A stretch of 64,000 nt of DNA, taken from Marsupella aquatica (lineage: Eukaryota; Plantae; Marchantiophyta). Under the pieces are notes generated by a model that saw only the letters and a list, made by a program, of their open reading frames with translations, made no database searches and had not been told where the DNA came from. The stretch lies in contig OZ316892.1 in the NCBI GenBank assembly GCA_973895155.1, positions 30,743,702 to 30,807,701 on the forward strand, given 5' to 3'. Made by a program: the position numbers and the translations under genes. This document shows, piece after piece, positions 57,534-64,000 of this stretch (its first letter is position 1; each line of letters starts with the position of its first letter).

Positions 57534-60500
57534 TCACGACACCGGTGGTGGATCCTCAATGGACGCCCCCAACACTTCCTCCGCAGCCACTGCCGTTGGC
57601 CCGCCTACTGACAGATTACCTGCCCTTGACCGAGTCAACTCTCCCTCGGCCTGACTGGGTCCACCTTCGGCTTCAGCCTCGACACCGGCCTCGGCAATAC
57701 CCACGGCTTCGGCTTCAGCCACCCCCACGGCTTCGGCTTCAGCCACTCCCACGGCTTCGGCCTCCCCTTCCCCTAGGGTAGTTGGATCCTTAGCCGTGAC
57801 CCTGTCTGGGGTCGGTGCTGGGTCTACCTCCTTGATCACCACGGCCTGTGAAGTCGTATTACTCCTTGACCCTGAAGGTTTCCGCTTCTTCTTCGTTGGT
57901 GGCTCGGCAGCTGGTCCCTTCCCCTTCCCACTTACCTCCGGCACTGGTGCAGGTGGCGCGGCTTGTCCTTCGGCAATTACCACCCCTGGTAACTGGTTTG
58001 TCCCAACAGGAGATGGACCTGCTGCAGCTAAGCATTTAAATACTGCGGCTTGTTTCTTCAGCCGCTCTGTTTGGTTGTCGGCCCGCCGCTGTAGGTTCTC
58101 CATCTTCCTCGTGATTTCCTCCAACTCCTCTTGGGTTTCATCCAGGTCCTTACGTGCCCCCTCCAGCTCGTTTTTGGCCTCCTCCTGCTCCCTGTGGGCT
58201 TCCTCCAATTCCTTCTTCAAGGTAGCCTTCTCCTCCTGGGTTGCTCTTAGCTCCTTGTCGAGCTCTGCAATGATGACAGACTCCATCTGGTTCATCTTGG
58301 CGTAAGTCTGTTCGAGCATCTCGTCCTTCTCCCTTAGGTCGGCCTTGAAGCTGGCCGTCAGGGACGCAAGCTCCTGCTGCAGCGCCATAATCCCTTGATA
58401 GGATTTCCCTAACTCGACCTCCTTCTGCTCAAGGGCTCCGCGGATTTTCTCGAGCTCCCCTTTCAACGCCCATTCCTTTCTTTGGGTCTCCGCCATGGCC
58501 CGGCTGTTGGTTGTTATGTGGGCCTCCTCTGTATTCTTCAGCTCTTGCTTCCACTTTTCCCTTTCTTTGATCGTGTCGGCCAACTCTTCCTGCGTCTGAG
58601 TCAGTTTATCCTTGATATTCTGATTATCAGCCTGCGCGGCGTCCAACTGCCCCTGCATGATGTTCAGCTCATGTCGTTTAATCCGCAGTTCATCTTGGGC
58701 TTTCTTGGCCGCCCTTAGATCTTCAATCTCGGCTTCCATCCTCCTAAGCCGCCGAATGACCTCGTCCTTCTTGCTTCTCTCTAAAGCCACCGCTTCTTCT
58801 AATTGGTGCTTCTCCAACTGCTCCCTATGGAAAAAGGGTCCTACCTCCAACTCCTCTCCAAAGATGCCGAGCGCAAGTTCCCCACACATCTCACCATACT
58901 CCATGGCTCTATTCTTAGCGTAGGTGGAGTAAGTAGAAGTGATCGGCATCGCCCATCGTGGCCTCTGCTCCCAAGCCGTCCTGCGGATCTCTTCAATCGT
59001 GGCTAGAGGTTTGCTTCCTTTTTCGGCTAGCCGCCTGATGTCCTCCGGCCAATCTCCTCCTGGTAAATCCTTTTCCTTAGCCAGGGCGGCCTCTTCCTCC
59101 TGCTTGATTCGCTCCTGAAATTCCTGCACCGTCTGTTTTATGCCGTCGAAGCTCGGGGGAGCAACATCTGGTGGGGGAGACTCAGGGCTACTCTGCTGGT
59201 TGGGGTCCCCTCGCACTACCCTTGGAAGTGTGGGGACAAACCGGCCACAGGTCCTTACTCCTGGAACGTGATGGTCTGACCCATAGCCGGAATTATCATG
59301 GCTGCAGTCCTCCACTGCCTCCTCTACCTCTTGGATTTCCGGCTTCTCCCTCTCCTCTTCCTCGGTAGGAGCTTCAGGCAATTCTGCCTCAGATTCGGAG
59401 CTTGAGGTTCCCACGTACATTCGAACACCTGGCTTGGATTCCGGCCTGATTCTCTCCTTGTCTCCAGCAAAGGGGTTTTCTCTTGTGAGCCGGTGTCGGC
59501 CTACCTCTGTAGTAGTGTCCTGCATTGTTGCCGTTGCCGTTGTTGTTGCCGATGCCGATTTCTTTTCTTTCTCCAGTAGTTTCAGCAGACTCTGCATGCC
59601 TGGTTGCTGCATCGGCAAGTCTTCCTTCCTGGGCCTAAACACCTGCTCGATCGTAGGACTAACAGGTGGTTGAGGCTTCTCAGCCAACGGCCTCGGCGTT
59701 GGAGCTTCCTCGGGTGCCCTTACCTGCAGGGGAAGTACCGGGGCAAAAGTCTGACCTCTGGCATACCGGCACAACAGCGGCATGTGATAGCCAAGCCGCG
59801 ACACGCTCCCCATGCCGATTACCTGCTGCTCCTCCTTTAAGATCTTCTTCAATTGGTTGAGGAGGTACCCGTTGTAGTCCCGGCTTGGGTCTGGCCTTTC
59901 TGCCAGATAGACCTGTGCCTTGCCGATCTCTGCCCTCGGCAAGTTACAATGCATCGTCACCCGCAAGAAGTCGATCATCTCTCCTATGTGCGGGTTGGTG
60001 CAGGTGTTCCGGAAGAAGCCATTCTTCGTTGATGGCCCGGGGAACGACCGGAACTCCTTGTCAGGCAAGGTCTTCCTGGTATCAACTTTGGTCTTATTGC
60101 CCATCGGCAAGCCAAACACTTCGGCAATCACCTTGGGAGTAAGATAGAAATCCTTCCCATATATCCTCGTGCAATTGGTCTCGGGTTCCCATGACCCCAC
60201 GAATTCTAATAGGTCTGACTCCGGTACCTCCGGCTTCAGCCATGGTAATCTTACAAAGGCCTCCAAGCCGGATCCGGCCATGAAGCCTTGGTACTTCTTG
60301 GTCTGCATGGCCGTAAAGCATGCATCCTCCTCCCGTGCAAAATGTAGTTGCACCTCCACTGGTAGGGTTGCCGCCCAGCCCTTCCAGGTGTCATCCCTGG
60401 TTGGAATGGCCTTGATGGGATCGACCTCCTCCTCTTCGGCTTCTCCCTGCCTCCTGCTCTGCTGCTCGGCTGGCTTCTTTGGTGCCGCCGACCTCGTTCT

Positions 60501-61196
60501 TTTTGCCGGGGTGGCTTCATCGTTGACGGCTCCCTTCCTCTTCATCTCTGCTGCCGTGGAGGTTTCTCCTAGCACCGTTGCCTGGGTCCACCTTTCCGTG
60601 CTACCCTTTAATTCCCAGTGTATGTCGTTGCAGTTCTTGATGGCCTCTCGGATGCCGACGACGCTGTCCTTGCAAAACAGAAGATCGTCGAGTTGATTGG
60701 AAGTAGGCGTCCACAGGAACTCGTCCTTGATGAGTTCGCCTCCTAAGAAAGCCGTCTTCTGCAGCTCCCACAATCGAGCGAGCTCCTGCCGTTCTCGAGC
60801 TGCCTTTTCTGACTCCTCGTCCTCGTAAGTCTTGATGTACTCAGTTGCCCGTTCGAACAGGCATCCCCAAAAATATGCCGCTTGATTGACGTTGCTCATA
60901 CCCTCCTTAGGTTGATCGTCGGTATCTACTCTCTCCCCGAGTGCTTGCCTAAGCAGCTGACAGTAGTTGGCCTCCCGTAGTCGTCTGCCTAGTTCGTGCT
61001 CGCAAATGAGCCACCATCTCCTGCAAGCGCTCCTTACCCCTCTCCTCTGCCGGTCCTTCTTCCCGTTGATCCTTCCTAGCCGCCGACGTTTAACGCGCCC
61101 TAACCCTAATCGGGTTTTCACCCTTAGCCTTACCTCCGGCTTCTGCCCGGGTTCCATGGTTGCCCCTAATTGTTTATATTTTCCTTGTTTTGTCAC
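57534..61196 (-). CDS. Intact ~1200-aa LTR-encoded protein (basic N-terminus, PMD/plant-transposon-protein-like domain, long coiled coil, acidic tail)
   Basis: Uninterrupted 1220-codon frame (first ATG at 61157) wholly inside the solo LTR; SGLEAFVRLPW...LLEFVGSW...IYGKDFYLTPKVIAEVFGLP; about 250-aa heptad region; NLS-like PPTKKKRK. Confidence 0.9.
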   Translation of the reverse strand: MTKQGKYKQLGATMEPGQKPEVRLRVKTRLGLGRVKRRRLGRINGKKDRQRRGVRSACRRWWLICEHELGRRLREANYCQLLRQALGERVDTDDQPKEGMSNVNQAAYFWGCLFERATEYIKTYEDEESEKAARERQELARLWELQKTAFLGGELIKDEFLWTPTSNQLDDLLFCKDSVVGIREAIKNCNDIHWELKGSTERWTQATVLGETSTAAEMKRKGAVNDEATPAKRTRSAAPKKPAEQQSRRQGEAEEEEVDPIKAIPTRDDTWKGWAATLPVEVQLHFAREEDACFTAMQTKKYQGFMAGSGLEAFVRLPWLKPEVPESDLLEFVGSWEPETNCTRIYGKDFYLTPKVIAEVFGLPMGNKTKVDTRKTLPDKEFRSFPGPSTKNGFFRNTCTNPHIGEMIDFLRVTMHCNLPRAEIGKAQVYLAERPDPSRDYNGYLLNQLKKILKEEQQVIGMGSVSRLGYHMPLLCRYARGQTFAPVLPLQVRAPEEAPTPRPLAEKPQPPVSPTIEQVFRPRKEDLPMQQPGMQSLLKLLEKEKKSASATTTATATMQDTTTEVGRHRLTRENPFAGDKERIRPESKPGVRMYVGTSSSESEAELPEAPTEEEEREKPEIQEVEEAVEDCSHDNSGYGSDHHVPGVRTCGRFVPTLPRVVRGDPNQQSSPESPPPDVAPPSFDGIKQTVQEFQERIKQEEEAALAKEKDLPGGDWPEDIRRLAEKGSKPLATIEEIRRTAWEQRPRWAMPITSTYSTYAKNRAMEYGEMCGELALGIFGEELEVGPFFHREQLEKHQLEEAVALERSKKDEVIRRLRRMEAEIEDLRAAKKAQDELRIKRHELNIMQGQLDAAQADNQNIKDKLTQTQEELADTIKEREKWKQELKNTEEAHITTNSRAMAETQRKEWALKGELEKIRGALEQKEVELGKSYQGIMALQQELASLTASFKADLREKDEMLEQTYAKMNQMESVIIAELDKELRATQEEKATLKKELEEAHREQEEAKNELEGARKDLDETQEELEEITRKMENLQRRADNQTERLKKQAAVFKCLAAAGPSPVGTNQLPGVVIAEGQAAPPAPVPEVSGKGKGPAAEPPTKKKRKPSGSRSNTTSQAVVIKEVDPAPTPDRVTAKDPTTLGEGEAEAVGVAEAEAVGVAEAEAVGIAEAGVEAEAEGGPSQAEGELTRSRAGNLSVGGPTAVAAEEVLGASIEDPPPVS

Positions 61197-62545
61197 TATA
61201 CTAAGGTGTTCCTAGGGTGCCTTCCTGCTTTACCCACTTAACCGGCCGAGTGATTCCTGTCTAGGCATCACAGCTGCCGAGCCAGAAATGAAGAAGAAGC
61301 GGAAACCTTCAGGGTCAAGGAGTAATACGACTCCACAGGCCGAGGTGACCGAGGAGGTAGACCCGGCAACGACCCCAGACAGGATCACGACAGAGGATCC
61401 AACTACCCTAGGGGAAGGGGAGGCCGAAGCCGTGGGTGAGGATGAGGCCGAAGCCGGGGGTGATGCCGAGGCCGGTGTTGGGGCCGAAGCCGAAGGTGGA
61501 CCCAGTCAGGGCGATGGAGAGTTGACTCAGTCAAGGGCAGGTAATCTGTCAGTAGACGGGCCAACGGCAGTGGCTGAGGAGGAAGCGTTGGGGGCGTCAA
61601 CTGAGGGACAAACACCGCTGCCATGACGGTGGTGGAGGGCCGCTCCTTTCAAGGAGGGCGGACGTGGAGGGAGGAGGCGTGAGTGGGCAGGCGGGCTCGG
61701 ATCTCTAAGTTTAGGATTAGGATCAGGACCAGGAAGCGGCCCTGACACTTAGCTTAGTGGGATTGCGGTTCCACTGTAAGAGCAACACTTGTACTCCTGC
61801 CTCGCTGTACATAGGTAGATCCGGGCAGGTAGATTACTGTTAGGTAGATTAGGCTTACGCTGCAAAGAATTAGGCGGATCCACTACCAGGATAAGTACCT
61901 GGGCTGCGGGGAGCTCAGGGCCTCTTCTTTAGCAAGTTTTTAGTTTGCACCAGCCGGGCTGGGATCAAGTAGTAATAGAAGCTCTCGGTTAGTCATACTG
62001 TGACCTTGTGTATATTCATGTTTCCTCATGCCTAAGAGCTGAATAGAGTTGGCCTCACGGCTTAGTTCGTAGAGCTTGTGTATGAGATGTACTGTTTGTA
62101 TGGCAAGTGCATGGTATGACTCAGTCAGAAGGAGTCATTTTGCTATTTGTGTGTCGCATTAACTTGTGTGAAGAGTGCCCACATCAACCAGAAGGAAGGA
62201 AAGTAAGCGAGGGAGTGAGTGTTGGATGTGTCGAGCTGAGAGAGGTCTTAGCGGCTTAACCAAGCCTATTGGGGATCATTCCGGTGGCGGAATCCAAACA
62301 TACCTAACCAGAAGGAGAGGAAGACAAGGGAAGGCCTAGAGTAGGCCGGCGACATATCTCATGACCCGATGAAGGATCTATCCAGTATATTTGTGTAAAA
62401 TGTTAATAGTAGTAGTAGAAGGAAGTTAGCAGCGTCCCATGCCGCTAAGCCGCGAAAACGGCCTCGCCAAGCGTGAAACCTGCGGGAATCAGCTTGTGCT
62501 GGGGGGCTTCTTGGGTTTAGGGAGCCATGGGACACACCACATTTT

Positions 62546-62563
62546 TGGCGCTAGATGGAGGGG
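62546..62563 (+). promoter_or_regulatory. Primer-binding site, tRNA-Asn type
   Basis: TGGCGCTAGATGGAGGGG after the LTR end CA-TTTT; one mismatch to the complement of the plant tRNA-Asn 3' end as recalled (TGGCGCTAGAAGGAGGGG). Confidence 0.75.
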
Positions 62564-62610
62564 GCATTTCTTAAGCCGTGAGATATGAAGTTAGGAAAGA
62601 AGCGTAGGTA

Positions 62611-63954
62611 ATGACTAAACCTACGCCAAGGGAAGAAAGAGTGATTCAACGGGAGAGAGCTCGACTGCAGCAGCTCGTCGGGTGGCATGATACACAGCGA
62701 CTGAGAGGGGCAGAAAGAGCTGTTAGCTCCGAAGCGGGAAGTGGCATCGAAGAAGAGATACCAGAAGAGGAGTCGGTAGGAAGACACGAGTACCCAACCA
62801 ACATGGGAGAACCTGAGGCACGACCAGACGAGAGGCCAGGGACCAGACTGAGCCAACGGTCGCGCATACATTACAAGGCATTTCATGGGAGAGGAGATGA
62901 GGATCCGGACGAATGGTTGGATGATTTCGAGGGAACCGCTGCAGCAAATGGAGAATTGGCCATCAAGATGCAGATTCTTCTCGGCCTGTTCAAGGGTGAG
63001 GCTAGGCCTTGGTACAGAGCATTAGATGTGGAAGATCAAGCCATCTGGGATATCTTCAGAATGCTCTTTGTTAAGGAGTTTCGACCCATTGGAACTTCAG
63101 AACTAGCAGTGCTGAAGTTAGGACGACTTCGGTTCAAGGAGAACAAATCCTTCAGGAAGTTCTTGCAACGCTTTCAGAAACTGGTAAGACGTACAAAGAC
63201 CAATGCATCTGAAGGTATGCAACTTCAATGGTTGGTGAATGCTTTGCCACAGAAGATGAGTTTTGTAATTAGGAAGGAGAACCCGGAGACTTTAGCCGAT
63301 GCAATTAAGGATATTCAATTATACATTAATGCAGATATCACAAGCCGGAAGAAACAGCTTAAGTCTGAGAGTTCCTCATCAGAGGAGGGATCACCCCATA
63401 AGAAAAAGGATAAGAAAAAGAAACATTCTAAGAAGTCAAGAAGTGATAACTCAAGCTCGGATAGTGGAAGTAGCAAGAGTGAGTCATCTTCTAGTTCTGA
63501 AGAAGAAAAAACTAGGAAAAGGAAGGGCAGAAGAAGAGGGAAGACAAAAGTCAAGCTGGAGGCTAAGCCACCAGATAACATCGTGGCCCTTACCGAGCAA
63601 CTTAAGGCTATAATTGCAGAGGTAAAGCCGAAGAAGAAGGTAGTACAGGAGGATAGCTCTGTATGGTGTGCCTTATGCTATAAAACTGGACACCATAAAG
63701 ATGCGTGTCCTAAACTTAATACTAATCATGTTCGGCATGTCGCCGAGATCAGACCGTGTCAGGGAGAAGTAGAGTACTTTTTAGGAGATGCCGCTGATAG
63801 TGTTTTTGGCATCAGTGAGACTGGAGCACGAGATCTATCCAACCGACCTGCATCTCTCTGGTCTGGATTAAGGAACAATCCAGGAGAGATTATCCTCGGA
63901 TTATTCAGAACCCTTCAGTACCTCCTAGGCCGAATGTGCAGAGATTTGCGGCAT
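62611..63954 (+). CDS. gag: Gypsy gag (N-terminal part), truncated by an LTR insertion
   Basis: FHGRGDEDPDEWLDDF, FKGEARPWY, Lys/Ser-rich linker and CALCYKTGHHKDAC knuckle. Confidence 0.88.
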
Positions 63955-64000
63955 TGTGATGCCTAGCCAGGAATCACTCGGCCAGTGAAGTAGGTAAAGC
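63955..64000 (+). mobile_element. Start of a third copy of the 4.7-kb LTR family, inserted into gag
   Basis: TGTGATGCCTAGCCAGGAATCACTCGGCCAGT matches 49141-49172; no PPT precedes it. Confidence 0.85.

Larger units (their letters stand above)
52579..61272 (-). mobile_element. Inverted solo LTR of the same family (about 4.66 kb without its own insert)
   Basis: TG...CA ends that are the reverse complement of the 62541 and 49141 ends; TSD GCTGC (52574-52578, 61273-61277). Confidence 0.92.
49141..62541 (+). mobile_element. Giant 5' LTR (about 4.7 kb: 49141-52578 plus 61278-62541) of a Tat-like gypsy element, split by nested insertions
   Basis: TGTGATGCC...CACCACA termini followed by a PBS and gag. 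The interrupted sequence (GGACCAGCTGC|CGAGCC) rejoins across TSD GCTGC. Confidence 0.9.

Noticed and set aside
57534-61196. Host SMC, myosin or tropomyosin-like gene
   Set aside because: No Walker or motor motifs; the ORF lies wholly within a TSD-flanked LTR and is duplicated with it.
49141-61272. DNA transposon with 3.4-kb terminal inverted repeats
   Set aside because: TSDs GCTGC and ATGAC and the continuation of the LTR at 61278-62541 explain it as an inverted self-insertion.
63955-64000. 3' LTR of a short gag-only element
   Set aside because: No polypurine tract precedes it and it cuts gag mid-sequence; a nested insertion fits better.

Overview
Eukaryotic land-plant DNA, probably a moss (inferred from the style of the PPR-DYW gene and the TE content). 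The window is dominated by nested transposons. From left to right it holds: (1) a degraded Ty3/gypsy (Athila/Tat-like) gag with a tRNA-Asp PBS and a putative ~4.1-kb LTR; (2) a 2-kb solo LTR; (3) a SWIM-finger remnant; (4) a 5'-truncated L1 LINE carrying a MITE; (5) a full-length Ty1/copia element (15023-35475, TSD ACTAT) with a young full-length Ty3/gypsy element nested in it (18582-32268, TSD ACCAT); (6) the one clear host gene, a 26-motif PLS-E-DYW RNA-editing PPR protein; (7) a CACTA end; (8) a Russian-doll stack of giant LTRs (49141-64000). The main candidate for a new system is that three different giant LTRs (4.0-4.7 kb) each contain a large protein-coding ORF inside the LTR, with a plant-mobile-domain-like N-terminus followed by a coiled coil; two such ORFs are intact within solo LTRs. 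A homolog of one of them sits just 3' of pol in the nested gypsy, behind a duplicated PPT. At least three of these families also carry their own array of CG-containing motifs or palindromes. That pattern suggests element-encoded, sequence-specific regulators or anti-silencers with cognate binding sites. All family and domain calls come from motifs seen by eye; no database search was run.
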